This document shows positions 1 to 9,863 of a stretch of DNA of 64,000 nucleotides, piece by piece. Under the pieces are notes generated by a model. That model saw nothing but the letters and a program-made list of their open reading frames with translations. It was not told where the DNA came from and did not search any database. Source of the DNA: Collinsella sp. (GTDB taxonomy: Bacteria; Actinomycetota; Coriobacteriia; Coriobacteriales; Coriobacteriaceae); assembly GCA_018368055.1 (NCBI GenBank), contig JAGZFB010000001.1, positions 22,426 to 86,425 on the forward strand, written 5' to 3'. The position numbers and the translations under genes were made by a program. The stretch's first letter is position 1; each line of letters begins with the position of its first letter.

Positions 1-1098
1 AACATCGTGCTCAAGGACTTCTATGCCCTGACGCCCGAGAAGTTCAACAACAAGACCAACGGCATCTCGCACCGTCGTTTCTTTGCCGAGGCCAACCCCA
101 CCTATGCCAAGCTCGTGACCGAGGCCATTGGCGATGGCTGGCTGAAGGACGCCTTTGAGCTGGAAAAGCTCAAAGAGTTCCAAAACGACACTGAGTTCCT
201 CAAGGCCGTGGGTGCCTCCAAGCGCGCCAACAAGGAGCGCCTGGCCGCCTACGTTAAGGCCGAGACCGGTCTGGTCATCGACCCCAACACCGTCTTCGAT
301 GTTCAGGTAAAGCGCTTCCACGCCTACAAGCGCCAGCTCATGAACATCATGAAGGTGATGGACATCTACAACCGTCGCATCGCCGATCCCAACTTCCACG
401 TGACGCCGACGACCTTCATCTTTAGCGGCAAGGCTGCCTCGAGCTACACCTTCGCCAAGGAGACCATCCGCCTCATTAACTCGGTGGCCGAGGTCATCAA
501 CAACGACCCCCGCGTCAACGAGGTCATGAAGGTCTGCTTTATCCCCAACTTCCGTGTGAGCAATGCTCAGCTCATCTACCCTGCCGCCGAGATCTCGGAG
601 CAGATCTCCACGGCCGGCAAGGAGGCTTCGGGTACGTCCAACATGAAGCTCATGATGAACGGCGCCATTACGCTGGGCACCCTCGACGGCGCCAACATCG
701 AGATTGCTGACCTGGCCGGCCGCGAGAACGAGGCCATCTTTGGCCTGACCGCTCCCGAGGTCGAGCAGCTCTGGGCATCCAACAGCTACTTTGCGTGGGA
801 TACCCTCAACGGCGACCGCGAGCGTCTGGGCCGCGTGATGGACGAGCTCAAGGACAACACCTTTGCGGGTCTTTCGGGCAACTTCGAGAGCATCTACAAC
901 GAGCTCATGAACAACAACGACCCCGATCTGGTCATGGCCGATTTCCGCAGCTACGTGGATGCGTGGGAGAAGCTCACCGGCAGCTACGGCGACCAGGAGA
1001 CCTGGAACCGCAAGGCGCTGCTCAACACCGCCTCCTCGGGCTGGTTCTCGAGCGACCGCACCATTCGCGAGTACCGCGACGAGATCTGGCACGCATAA
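1..1098 (+). CDS. glgP: glycogen/alpha-glucan phosphorylase, C-terminal approx. 365 aa (5' end outside window)
   Basis: Open frame runs from window edge. PLP-lysine motif EASGTSNMKLMMNGA and the conserved phosphorylase C-terminal region are present. Stop at 1098. Confidence 0.9.
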   Translation, partial: NIVLKDFYALTPEKFNNKTNGISHRRFFAEANPTYAKLVTEAIGDGWLKDAFELEKLKEFQNDTEFLKAVGASKRANKERLAAYVKAETGLVIDPNTVFDVQVKRFHAYKRQLMNIMKVMDIYNRRIADPNFHVTPTTFIFSGKAASSYTFAKETIRLINSVAEVINNDPRVNEVMKVCFIPNFRVSNAQLIYPAAEISEQISTAGKEASGTSNMKLMMNGAITLGTLDGANIEIADLAGRENEAIFGLTAPEVEQLWASNSYFAWDTLNGDRERLGRVMDELKDNTFAGLSGNFESIYNELMNNNDPDLVMADFRSYVDAWEKLTGSYGDQETWNRKALLNTASSGWFSSDRTIREYRDEIWHA

Positions 1099-1132
1099 AG
1101 CGCGCGAGCTCCCTTTGCCGCACGGCATTATT

Positions 1133-1175
1133 CGGTGGGCACGACCAGGCGCCGTGCCCACCGCTAATGGGTTTA
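1133..1175 (+). terminator. GC-rich hairpin (ggtgggcacg..cgtgcccacc) after glgP; weak T tract
   Basis: 10-bp perfect stem directly downstream of the glgP stop; only a short T-run follows. Confidence 0.35.
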
Positions 1176-1203
1176 GGAACATCGATGACAGAAGGAGAAA
1201 TCG

Positions 1204-2352
1204 ATGAGTAAGAAAGAATGCATCGCGATGCTCCTCGCAGGAGGACAGGGCAGCCGATTGGGGGCACTCACCCAAAAGATCGCCAAGCCGGCGGTTAGCT
1301 TTGGTGGTAAGTTCCGCATTATCGACTTTTCGCTGTCCAACTGCTCCAACTCGGGCATCGACACGGTGGGCGTTCTGACGCAGTATCGCCCCTACCTGCT
1401 GCACGCCTATGTGGGCTCCGGCGAGGCGTGGGATCTGGACAGCCGCGACGGCGGCGTGTCAATCCTGCCGCCGTACGAGACGCAGACCGGCGGCGCCTGG
1501 TATGCGGGCACGGCCGACGCCATTACGCAGAACCTGGACTACATTAAGGCCAACGACCCCAAGTACGTCCTGATCCTGTCCGGCGACCACCTGTATCGCA
1601 TGGACTACCGCAAGATGCTCAAGACGCACATTGAGAACAACGCCGACCTCACGGTGAGCGTCATGCCCGTGCCGTGGGAGGAGGCCAGCCGCTTTGGCAT
1701 CCTGACCACCGACCCCGAGGACGGCCGCATCACCAAGTTCACCGAGAAGCCCGATAAGCCCGATTCGAATCTCGCGTCCATGGGCATCTACATCTTCTCG
1801 GCCGACGTGCTGATCGAGGCGCTCGAGGAGGACGCTCTGGACCAGCGCTCGAGCCACGACTTTGGCAAGGACATCATCCCCAAGCTGCTCGGCGAGGGCA
1901 AGCGCCTGTACAGCTACGAGTTCCACGGCTTTTGGAAGGACGTCGGCACCATCGCCAGCTTCCACGAGACCTCGATGGACCTGCTGGGCAACAACCCCGA
2001 GTTCGATCTGTTTGACAAGCACTTCCCCATCATGTCCAACATCACCACGCGTCCGCCGCACTACATTGGCCCGGATGGTCGCCTGGACGACTGCCTGGTC
2101 TCCAACGGCTGCAAGATCTACGGTACCGTTCGCCACTCGATCCTTTCGACCGATGTCATCATCGAGGAGCGCGCCGTGGTCGAGGACTCCGTGCTGCTGC
2201 CGGGTGCGCACGTTAAGAGCGGCGCGCACATCTGCCGCGCTATTTTGGGCGAGAACTCCACGGTCGAAGAGGGCGTGAAGCTCGGCTCTGTCGATACCAC
2301 CAAGGATACGGCCGTCGTTGGAAATGACGTCGTTATCGGGAAGGGGGAATGA
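1204..2352 (+). CDS. glgC: glucose-1-phosphate adenylyltransferase
   Basis: 382 aa. N-terminus [14 protein letters not shown] is the nucleotidyltransferase motif. GGAG RBS lies 8 nt upstream. C-terminal left-handed beta-helix region is present. Confidence 0.92.
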   Translation: MSKKECIAMLLAGGQGSRLGALTQKIAKPAVSFGGKFRIIDFSLSNCSNSGIDTVGVLTQYRPYLLHAYVGSGEAWDLDSRDGGVSILPPYETQTGGAWYAGTADAITQNLDYIKANDPKYVLILSGDHLYRMDYRKMLKTHIENNADLTVSVMPVPWEEASRFGILTTDPEDGRITKFTEKPDKPDSNLASMGIYIFSADVLIEALEEDALDQRSSHDFGKDIIPKLLGEGKRLYSYEFHGFWKDVGTIASFHETSMDLLGNNPEFDLFDKHFPIMSNITTRPPHYIGPDGRLDDCLVSNGCKIYGTVRHSILSTDVIIEERAVVEDSVLLPGAHVKSGAHICRAILGENSTVEEGVKLGSVDTTKDTAVVGNDVVIGKGE

Positions 2353-2356
2353 TCCG

Positions 2357-3484
2357 ATGATCAATCGCAAGGCCATCGGTTATATCACCGCTAACTACTC
2401 TTCGACCTACGGCAGCGTGCTGCTCAAGGACCGCCCCATCGCGTCCGTTCCGTTTTTGGGCCGCTACCGCCTGATCGACTTCCCGCTGTCCAACATGATG
2501 AATGCCGGCATCAAGACCGTCGGTGTCGTCATGCCGGGCAACTATCGCTCGCTGATCGACCATGTGGGCTCGGGCAAGGACTGGGGCCTGGACCGCAAGA
2601 AGGGCGGCCTGTTCATGGTGCCCGGCAACGCGTATGGCACCACCAAGGGCGGCATGCGCTTCCTGCTGCGCGACATCATTTCCAACAAGACGCTGTTCCA
2701 GCGCTCGGACAAGCCCTATGTTGTGATGATGGGCACCAACATCATCTTTAACATGGACCTCAACACCATCATCGAGGCGCACGAGAACTCCGGTGCCCAG
2801 ATGACCGTGGTGTACTGCAAGGCCACGCGCAACGTAGATGACGAGACCAAGCTGCAGATCAACGAGAACGGCCGTCTGACGGGCGTCAGCGCCGGCGTCG
2901 TGTATGGCGACAACGCGTCTATGGACTGCTGCATCGTCAACCGCGAGACGCTGCTCGAGATCATCGACCACTACCAGGCCGCCGACTATCTGGACCTGCT
3001 CGAGGCACTACAGGGCGACTTTGGCAACATCGACGTGTGCAGCTACGAGTACAAGGGCGAGGTCGTGGGCGTGTTTAGCGAGAAGTCGCTGTATCGTCGC
3101 AGCATGGACCTGCTCGACCAGACCGTGGCCGACCATCTCTTTGACCCCGAGCGCCCGATTCTGACCAAGGCTCACGACGTGCCGCCTTCGCGCTATGCGA
3201 CCGGCAGCCACGCCTGCAACTCGATCATCTCGGCCGGCTGCATCATCAAGGGCACCGTGCGCAACTCGATCCTGTCGCGCGGCGTTGTGGTTGAGGAAGG
3301 CGCCTCGGTGACCAATTCGATCATCAACCAGAGCTGCGTCATCAAGAGCGGCGCCCGCGTTGAGAATGCAATCCTGGACAAGAACAACGTGGTTCCCACC
3401 AACACCGAGCTTCGCGGCACGCCCGAGAACATCCTGGTGCTGGGAAAGGCCCCGTTAACTTCTGATATCACCAACGCGAGCTAG
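2357..3484 (+). CDS. glgD: glycogen biosynthesis protein GlgD (non-catalytic ADP-glucose pyrophosphorylase subunit)
   Basis: Paralogous to GlgC but lacks the GGxGxRL motif (has ITANYSSTYG). Firmicute/Coriobacteriia-type glgCD arrangement. Start chosen at MINRK after a GGGGGAA RBS, overlapping the glgC stop. Confidence 0.8.
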   Translation: MINRKAIGYITANYSSTYGSVLLKDRPIASVPFLGRYRLIDFPLSNMMNAGIKTVGVVMPGNYRSLIDHVGSGKDWGLDRKKGGLFMVPGNAYGTTKGGMRFLLRDIISNKTLFQRSDKPYVVMMGTNIIFNMDLNTIIEAHENSGAQMTVVYCKATRNVDDETKLQINENGRLTGVSAGVVYGDNASMDCCIVNRETLLEIIDHYQAADYLDLLEALQGDFGNIDVCSYEYKGEVVGVFSEKSLYRRSMDLLDQTVADHLFDPERPILTKAHDVPPSRYATGSHACNSIISAGCIIKGTVRNSILSRGVVVEEGASVTNSIINQSCVIKSGARVENAILDKNNVVPTNTELRGTPENILVLGKAPLTSDITNAS

Positions 3485-3572
3485 CTTTGGCACCGCAACA
3501 TCGCTCGTAACACGTAGAATAGCCGCCCGGTTTGCGCCAGCGGCTATTCTCGAATTGCAACAGGGAGACAAT

Positions 3573-5963
3573 ATGGCTGATTCCAGCAAAAAGATGCAGA
3601 TCGTGTTTGCCTCGGCCGAGTGCGCACCGTTTGTGAAGACCGGTGGCCTGGGCGACGTGGCGGGCTCGCTGCCTGCGGCGCTTGTGCGCGCCGGCGCCGA
3701 AGTAATCGTGATGGTGCCCAAGTACGCCACCATCAAGGACGAGTACAAGTCGCAGATGGAGCACTTCTCCGACTTTTACGTGAGCCTGGGCTGGCGCAAT
3801 GAGTACTGCGGACTCGAGAAGCTCGAGCACGACGGCGTCACCTATATGTTCATCGACAACGAGCGCTACTTCGCGCGCGACTATCCGTACGGCTTCTTTG
3901 ACGACGGCGAGCGCTTTGCGTTCTTCTCCAAGGCCATCACCGAGAGCCTGCAGCACCTGCCCGCCGGCTTTGAGTGCGACATCCTGCACTGCAACGACTG
4001 GCAGACGGCGCTGGCGCCCGTGTTTTTGCGCGAGTTCTACCAGGGCCTGCCGCTGTATGACCGCGTCAAGACCGTGTTCTCGATCCACAACGTGGCGTTC
4101 CAGGGCCAGTTTAGCGACACCGTGATGGAGGACATCCTTGGTGTGGCGCACATTCCGGCGGCCGCCTCGCAGCTGCGTTGCGACGCCTGCAGCATCAACT
4201 ACATGCTGGGCGCCCTGCGCTATGCCGACGCCATCACCACGGTGAGCCCCACCTATGCCAACGAGATCCAGACGCCCGAGTTTGGCGAGGGCCTGGACGG
4301 CGTGCTGCGCGAGCGTTCGTACGCGCTGCAGGGCATCCTCAACGGCATTGATGTGGCAGGCTTTGACCCGGCAACCGACAAGCGCATTGCCGCCAACTAC
4401 ACGGTCGAGGACCGCTCCGGCAAGGCCATTTGCAAGGCCAAGCTGCAGGAGGAGCTGGGACTCGAGATCCGCGACGACCGCCCGCTTATGGTGATGGTCA
4501 CGCGCCTGACGCGCCAAAAGGGCATGGACTTGGTCATGTACGCGCTCGACCGCATCCTGGCTGGCGGCGTGCAGGTAGCCGTGTTGGGTACCGGCGACCG
4601 CGACTACGAGGACGGCCTGCGCTACTTCCAGGACAAGTACCCCGGCACCATGGCCGCGCGCATCGAGTTCGATCCAGCGCTGTCGCAGCGTATGTACGCC
4701 GCCGCCGATATGTTCCTGATGCCGTCGAAGTTTGAGCCCTGCGGCCTGTCGCAGATCATCGCCATGCGCTACGGCACCCTGCCCATCGTGCGCGAGACTG
4801 GTGGTCTGAAGGACACTGTGATCCCGTATAACGAGTTTACCGGCGAGGGCACGGGCTTCTCGTTTAGCAACTTTAACGGCGACGAGATGGGCGACGCGGT
4901 GTTCCGCGCGGCGCGCCTGTTCTGGGATAACCGCGAAGCGTGGGATCAGCTGGTCACGCAGGCCATGAGCCAGGACTTTAGCTGGACGCGTTCGGCCGAT
5001 AAGTATCTGGACCTGTACTTCTTTATGCATCCGGAGATTGAGCGCCCGGCGGCTGTGGAGGCTGCTGCGGCTGAGGAGGATGAGGCCAAGCCCGAGGTTG
5101 TGGCCGAGCCCGAGCCCAAGGCCGAGCCGGTTGTTGAGGCGCCCGCTGCTGTTGAGGAGCCCAAGGCTGAGGAGAAGCCGGTTGAGGCTAAATCTGAGGT
5201 GAAGGTTGAGGCTGCTCCCGAGGCTGAGGCTAAGCCGGCTGCAAAGCCTGCCGCCAAGAAGACCACGACGCGCAAGACGACGGCCAAGAAGGCTACGACG
5301 ACCAAGGCCGCTGCAAGCAAGACCGCCGCAGCAAAGACGACTGCTGCCAAGGCAACGACGACGCGCAAGCGCACGACCGCCGCTGCCAAGAAGGCCGCCG
5401 AAGCTGAGACTGCTCCCGAGGTAAAGGCTGAGGCCGCCGTCGAGGCCAAGCCCGCCGTCAAGGCACCGGCCAAGACCACTGCCAAGAAGTCGACGGCGTC
5501 CAAGACCACGACCGCCAAGAAGGCAACGGCAGCCAAGAAGACCACGGCAAAGAAGTCGACGACCACGAAGCCTGCTACGACGAAGGCCGCCGCAAAGCCG
5601 GCCGCCAAAGTCGAGGAGACGCCAGCCAAGCCCAAGGCCGAGGCAACCGTCGAGGCCAAGCCGGCCGCCAAGACCACCACGCGCAAGCGCACTACGACGA
5701 CGGCCAAGAAGACCACGACCAAGGCCGCTGCTCCCAAGGCGGAGGCTGAGGTCGAGAACAAGCCCGCAGCAAAGGCCAAGCCGGCGCCGAAGGCTGCCGA
5801 GGCCAAGCCTGCAGCCGCCAAAGAGGAGCCCAAGGCCGAGGTAAAGGCCAAGCCCGAGCCCGCCAAGGAGACCCCGGTCTCCCCCGCCACTCCGGCCGAG
5901 GAAAAGGCTCCGACCAAGAAGACGTCCGTCCGCAAGGCATCGGCCACCCGCAAGCGCCGCTAG
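3573..5963 (+). CDS. glgA: glycogen synthase (ADP-glucose type) with long low-complexity C-terminal extension
   Basis: MQIVFASAECAPFVKTGGLGDV is the GT5 N-terminal motif and a ...GGLKDTV... C-terminal motif is present. AGGGAG RBS precedes the ATG at 3573. The catalytic domain is about 490 aa (to about 5040). A 310-aa K/A/T/P/E-rich tail follows in frame. Confidence 0.9.
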   Translation: MADSSKKMQIVFASAECAPFVKTGGLGDVAGSLPAALVRAGAEVIVMVPKYATIKDEYKSQMEHFSDFYVSLGWRNEYCGLEKLEHDGVTYMFIDNERYFARDYPYGFFDDGERFAFFSKAITESLQHLPAGFECDILHCNDWQTALAPVFLREFYQGLPLYDRVKTVFSIHNVAFQGQFSDTVMEDILGVAHIPAAASQLRCDACSINYMLGALRYADAITTVSPTYANEIQTPEFGEGLDGVLRERSYALQGILNGIDVAGFDPATDKRIAANYTVEDRSGKAICKAKLQEELGLEIRDDRPLMVMVTRLTRQKGMDLVMYALDRILAGGVQVAVLGTGDRDYEDGLRYFQDKYPGTMAARIEFDPALSQRMYAAADMFLMPSKFEPCGLSQIIAMRYGTLPIVRETGGLKDTVIPYNEFTGEGTGFSFSNFNGDEMGDAVFRAARLFWDNREAWDQLVTQAMSQDFSWTRSADKYLDLYFFMHPEIERPAAVEAAAAEEDEAKPEVVAEPEPKAEPVVEAPAAVEEPKAEEKPVEAKSEVKVEAAPEAEAKPAAKPAAKKTTTRKTTAKKATTTKAAASKTAAAKTTAAKATTTRKRTTAAAKKAAEAETAPEVKAEAAVEAKPAVKAPAKTTAKKSTASKTTTAKKATAAKKTTAKKSTTTKPATTKAAAKPAAKVEETPAKPKAEATVEAKPAAKTTTRKRTTTTAKKTTTKAAAPKAEAEVENKPAAKAKPAPKAAEAKPAAAKEEPKAEVKAKPEPAKETPVSPATPAEEKAPTKKTSVRKASATRKRR
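5040..5960 (+). repeat. in-frame low-complexity coding repeats (AKK/TTT/KPA-rich, histone H1-like) forming the GlgA tail
   Basis: Reiterated aagaagaccacgac / gccaag / aagccggc units. Translation gives AKKTTTRKTTAKKATTTKAAASK..., PEAEAKPAAKPAAKK and similar motifs. Confidence 0.85.
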
Positions 5964-5996
5964 CCCACAGACGATCCAAAACCTCATCAAACCCTA

Positions 5997-6030
5997 AGCA
6001 AGGGGCGCTCCAACCGGGCGCCCCTTCTCT
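5997..6030 (+). terminator. hairpin aggggcgc-N9-gcgcccct after glgA
   Basis: 8-bp GC stem followed by tctctgtgg; T tract is weak. Confidence 0.4.
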
Positions 6031-6181
6031 GTGGATAGTTGGTAAAACGATTTTCTAGGACAACCGTTCGCCGATGGTAAACGGATGTTGTTTATACAGC
6101 CTGTGTACAACAGATATACTTACATCTTGTGCGTAAAGCCCATGGCCCGCAGGCCATGATTCTATTGAACTGGACCGTACT

Positions 6182-9100
6182 ATGAGATTGATACACAACA
6201 GCCGTCTACCGCAGTTTCGCACACCGTTTGGCGCTGTGACCACTGGTACCACCCTTTCGCTCTCCGTGATTCTGGAGGATGCCGACCCCAACCAGGCAAC
6301 GCTTACGCTGCGCACCTGGGTCGATGAGATCGGTGAGACACGGTATCCCATGACGCACGAAGGCGACGGCATATTTACCGTAGAGCTTGAGTGCACCGAG
6401 CCCTGTCTTATCTGGTATAGCTTTATCTGCAATATCGAGGGCCAGCCCGAGGTTCGTCTGGGCGCACCGCAGGGCCGCACCGGCGGCGAGGGCGTGACCT
6501 ATAACTACGCCGAGGTGCCGTCGTTCCAGGTCACCGTCTACAAGCACCGCGAAGTTCGACCCGAGTGGTACGAGCGCGGCATGGTCTACCAGATCTTCCC
6601 CGATCGCTACGCCCGCGACGAGCACTGGCGCGAACGCACGCAGGCACAGGTCGAAAAGCCGCGCAGTGGAATCCAGCGCCGCATGATCGAGGACTGGAAC
6701 GAGCCGCCAGTATACGAGCGCGCCGAAGACGGCTCCATCAAGACCTGGGACTTTTACGGCGGATCGCTCAAGGGTATCCAAGAAGACCTGCCCCGCATCG
6801 CCGAGCTGGGCTTTACGGCCATCTACCTCAACCCCATCTTTGAAGCCGCGAGCAACCACCGCTACGACACGGCCGATTACAGCAAGATCGATCCGATTCT
6901 GGGCACCGAGCAGGACTTTACGGAGCTGTGCGAGGCGGCCGAGAAGCTTGGCATTTCCATCATCCTGGACGGTGTGTTCAACCACACGGGCGACGATTCG
7001 ATCTACTTCAACCGCTACGGCAACTACCCCGGCGTCGGTGCCTGGCAGAGCGAGGATTCGCCGTGGCGCGATGCGTTCTATTTCCACGAGGACGGCTCGT
7101 ATGACTGCTGGTGGGGTGTGGGTAACATGCCCGCCATCAACGAGAGCTCCGAGCTGGTGCGCGAGCGAATCCTGGGTAAGGACGGTATCATCCGCAAATG
7201 GCTGCGTGCCGGCGCCCATGGCTGGCGCCTGGATGTGGCCGACGAGCTTTCCGATGACTTCCTGGCCGAGATCAAAAAGGCCGTGCTTGCCGAAAAGCCC
7301 GACGCGCTGCTGCTCGGCGAGGTCTGGGAAGACGCCTCCAACAAGATCAGCTATGGCCACCTGCGCCGCTATCTACAGGGCTCTGAGCTCGACTCCGCCA
7401 TGGACTACCCCTTCCGCGACATGGTCATCGGCTTTTTGATGGGATACAAGAACGCTTACCAGGCAGCCGAGGATATCGAAACCCTGCGCGAGAATTATCC
7501 GCGCGAAGCCCTGTCCTGCGCGCTCAACCTGCTGTCGAGCCACGACCGCCCGCGCATCATCTCGGTGCTCGGCGGCGGCCCCGACGAGTCACAGCTACCC
7601 GAGTGCGAGCGCAGCAAGTGGCGCCTGGACGAGAACTCGATGGGCCTGGCCAAGAGCCGTTTTTGGCTTGCAACGCTCATGCAGATGACGTTCCCCGGCG
7701 TGCCTTCGATTTACTATGGTGACGAGTACGGCCTTGAGGGCCTGACTGATCCGGGCAATCGCCGCACGCTGCCTATGAAGGAAGACCTGCACGACTTCGA
7801 TACACTCGCCATCCTTAAAAACGCCTCGGCCGTGCGCCGCGCCCTGCCGTTTATGATTGACGGCGAGATCAAGGCCTTCGCACTCAACGACGAGGTACTG
7901 GCCTATACGCGCACCGGTAAAGACGGTGAGGCCGCAACGGTTATCATCAACCGCAGCTTGCGCAATTCGCATTGCGTGACGATCCCGGCGCTCGGCGAAT
8001 GTGCGAGCGACGTGATCAGCGGCCACGAGTGCGAAATCCACAACGGTACCGTCACGCTCGATCTGTATCCGCTGGGGTCGTCGATCATCTATCACCACGC
8101 CGAGCAGCGTCTGCAAGAGCCGCTCGATCACGGCGCGGGCGTCGTTTGTCACATCACCTCGGTACCGACTGACGATGGCAAGCCGGGTACGATCGGCGCA
8201 CCCACGCGTCGCTTTATCGACCATCTGGCCGCCATGGGCATGCGCTACTGGCAGGTCCTGCCCGTCAACCCGACGGATTTCTTCCGCTCCCCCTATGCCG
8301 GGCCTTCGGCTTTTGCGGGCAACATTGACCTACTGCCCGAGAGTCACGAGGAGCTGGCCGCCGACTTTGCCGTCTGGAAGGCCCGCGGCGGCGAGGATGC
8401 CGATCCGCTGTACACCGCGTTTAAACATCGCAATGCCGATTGGCTCGAGAAGTACTGCGTCTACATGGCCGTTAAGAAGTACTTTGAGGGCGAGTCGCGC
8501 CACGATTGGCCGGCGGATGTCGCGCGCTACAACGAGCATCTGATCGACGACAAGCGCTTCCACGACGAGGCCGAGCTTCAGGCGTACATGCAGTACCGCT
8601 TTGACCTGGCTTGGTGCGAGCTCATGAACTACGCACACAAGAAGGGCATCGAGGTTATCGGCGATATTCCCATGTACGTGTCCGACGATTCGGCCGATGC
8701 CTGGAGCGAACCCGAGAACTTCTGGCTGTCCGATACCGGCAAGGCAATCGAGATCTCCGGTGCGCCGCCCGACAACTTTGCGCCCGAGGGCCAGGTGTGG
8801 GGCAACCCGACGTTCCGCTGGGACCACATGAAGCAGAACGGCTATAGCTGGTGGATGGATCGTCTGCGCCGTGCGTTCTCGCTCTACGACCGCGTGCGCC
8901 TGGATCACTTCCTGGGCTTCCACAGCTACTTTAGTATCCCCGCGGGCAAGGCCTGCGCCGACGGCCGCTGGCTGGCGGGACCGGGCAAGGACCTGTTCCA
9001 GACCGCCTACGACGAGCTGGGTCCGCTCAACTTTATCGCCGAGGACCTGGGCTATTTGACGCCCGGTGTTCGCGCCATGGCTTCGACCTGCGGCTTCCCC

Positions 9101-9478
9101 GGCATGGACGTGCTGGAGTTTAGCGATTACGACGTTCGCTGCGGCGTGCACCCCACGCCTGACAAGATCCTGTACACCTCAACGCACGATACATCGACGC
9201 TGGCCGGTTGGTGCACACACTCCTTTGCGGGCGGCGATGAACCGAGCGGTGTTGAGGTGGCGGCCAAGCTGATGGGCGACGCGCTGGCAAGCGACGCTCC
9301 CCTGGTGATGATGCCGCTGCAGGATATCCTGGGGCTTGGCGACGACGCGCGCATGAACGTACCGGGCGTGGCCACGGGCAACTGGACTTGGCAGGCTGAC
9401 GAGGCCGACGTTGCGGCCGCCGAGGGCAAAACTGCGCAGCTCCTGCGCAACACCCATAGATTCTGGGGCGAGGCGTGA
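6182..9478 (+). CDS. malQ: fused GH13 alpha-amylase/neopullulanase-like domain + GH77 4-alpha-glucanotransferase (amylomaltase)
   Basis: 1098 aa. The N-terminal two-thirds carry GH13 regions (GFTAIYLNPIF, DGVFNHTG, GWRLDVADE, LLGEVWE, SHDRPR). The C-terminal third carries MalQ hallmarks (YWQVLPVNPT, SPYAGPSAFAGN). Exact start is uncertain because the RBS is weak. Confidence 0.8.
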   Translation: MRLIHNSRLPQFRTPFGAVTTGTTLSLSVILEDADPNQATLTLRTWVDEIGETRYPMTHEGDGIFTVELECTEPCLIWYSFICNIEGQPEVRLGAPQGRTGGEGVTYNYAEVPSFQVTVYKHREVRPEWYERGMVYQIFPDRYARDEHWRERTQAQVEKPRSGIQRRMIEDWNEPPVYERAEDGSIKTWDFYGGSLKGIQEDLPRIAELGFTAIYLNPIFEAASNHRYDTADYSKIDPILGTEQDFTELCEAAEKLGISIILDGVFNHTGDDSIYFNRYGNYPGVGAWQSEDSPWRDAFYFHEDGSYDCWWGVGNMPAINESSELVRERILGKDGIIRKWLRAGAHGWRLDVADELSDDFLAEIKKAVLAEKPDALLLGEVWEDASNKISYGHLRRYLQGSELDSAMDYPFRDMVIGFLMGYKNAYQAAEDIETLRENYPREALSCALNLLSSHDRPRIISVLGGGPDESQLPECERSKWRLDENSMGLAKSRFWLATLMQMTFPGVPSIYYGDEYGLEGLTDPGNRRTLPMKEDLHDFDTLAILKNASAVRRALPFMIDGEIKAFALNDEVLAYTRTGKDGEAATVIINRSLRNSHCVTIPALGECASDVISGHECEIHNGTVTLDLYPLGSSIIYHHAEQRLQEPLDHGAGVVCHITSVPTDDGKPGTIGAPTRRFIDHLAAMGMRYWQVLPVNPTDFFRSPYAGPSAFAGNIDLLPESHEELAADFAVWKARGGEDADPLYTAFKHRNADWLEKYCVYMAVKKYFEGESRHDWPADVARYNEHLIDDKRFHDEAELQAYMQYRFDLAWCELMNYAHKKGIEVIGDIPMYVSDDSADAWSEPENFWLSDTGKAIEISGAPPDNFAPEGQVWGNPTFRWDHMKQNGYSWWMDRLRRAFSLYDRVRLDHFLGFHSYFSIPAGKACADGRWLAGPGKDLFQTAYDELGPLNFIAEDLGYLTPGVRAMASTCGFPGMDVLEFSDYDVRCGVHPTPDKILYTSTHDTSTLAGWCTHSFAGGDEPSGVEVAAKLMGDALASDAPLVMMPLQDILGLGDDARMNVPGVATGNWTWQADEADVAAAEGKTAQLLRNTHRFWGEA

Positions 9479-9523
9479 TAAAACGCCCGATATAGGGTAC
9501 AGTTACAGACGTTTGAATTTTTG

Positions 9524-9552
9524 CGGGCAGAGCGATCTGCCCGCTTTGTGCT
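9524..9552 (+). terminator. hairpin gcgggcag-N6-ctgcccgc + tttgtg
   Basis: Lies downstream of the amylomaltase stop. Confidence 0.35.
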
Positions 9553-9566
9553 GAAAAGGAAGTATT

Positions 9567-9803
9567 ATGGCACGCTATGATTACAAGTGCTCGAGCTGCG
9601 GCAACGTGTTTGAAGTTGAGCACCCCATGTCCGAGAGCCCCGAGGTCGTGTGCCCCAGCTGCGGCGCTCCTGCCGCCAAGACGTTCTCGGCCAGCGGTAT
9701 TAAGTTCGAAGGCAGCGGTTTCTACAACACCGACCAGCGAAGCGGCGGCTCCAGCACCAACGCCACTAGCGGCTGCTGCGCCAACTGCCCGCATAGCCAC
9801 TAG
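9567..9803 (+). CDS. FmdB-family zinc-ribbon protein
   Basis: MARYDYKCSSCGNVFEVEHPMSESPEVVCPSCG: two CxxC pairs typical of the FmdB putative-regulatory family. Confidence 0.85.
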   Translation: MARYDYKCSSCGNVFEVEHPMSESPEVVCPSCGAPAAKTFSASGIKFEGSGFYNTDQRSGGSSTNATSGCCANCPHSH

Positions 9804-9863
9804 CGACAAGCGGCCCACGATCAAGCCCGATCGCGGGGCTATTTCTTTGCGCTATGAGTAGCT

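Noticed and set aside
3468-5990. 840-aa minus-strand ORF (and 4946-5953 minus, 335 aa) antisense to glgA
   Set aside because: Gly/Leu/Arg-rich low-complexity translation, antisense to a well-supported gene. Typical high-GC antisense open frame, reinforced by the repetitive tail.
6090-6181. Possible catabolite-responsive element (TGGTAAAACGATTTTCTA) upstream of the amylase/amylomaltase gene
   Set aside because: It is only an approximate match to the cre consensus TGWAANCGNTNWCA, and the palindromic symmetry is incomplete. It is left as an unscored possibility.
6206-7360. 384-aa minus-strand ORF antisense to the amylase gene; similar long antisense ORFs at 14119-15753, 15416-17053, 17373-18266, 34144-35520, 35111-36256, 38780-40111, 50582-52129, 52117-53088, 54200-55984 and 56775-59006
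   Set aside because: All lie opposite strongly supported genes, have Arg/Ala/Gly-rich compositions without recognisable motifs, and arise because stop codons are rare in 65-70% GC DNA.
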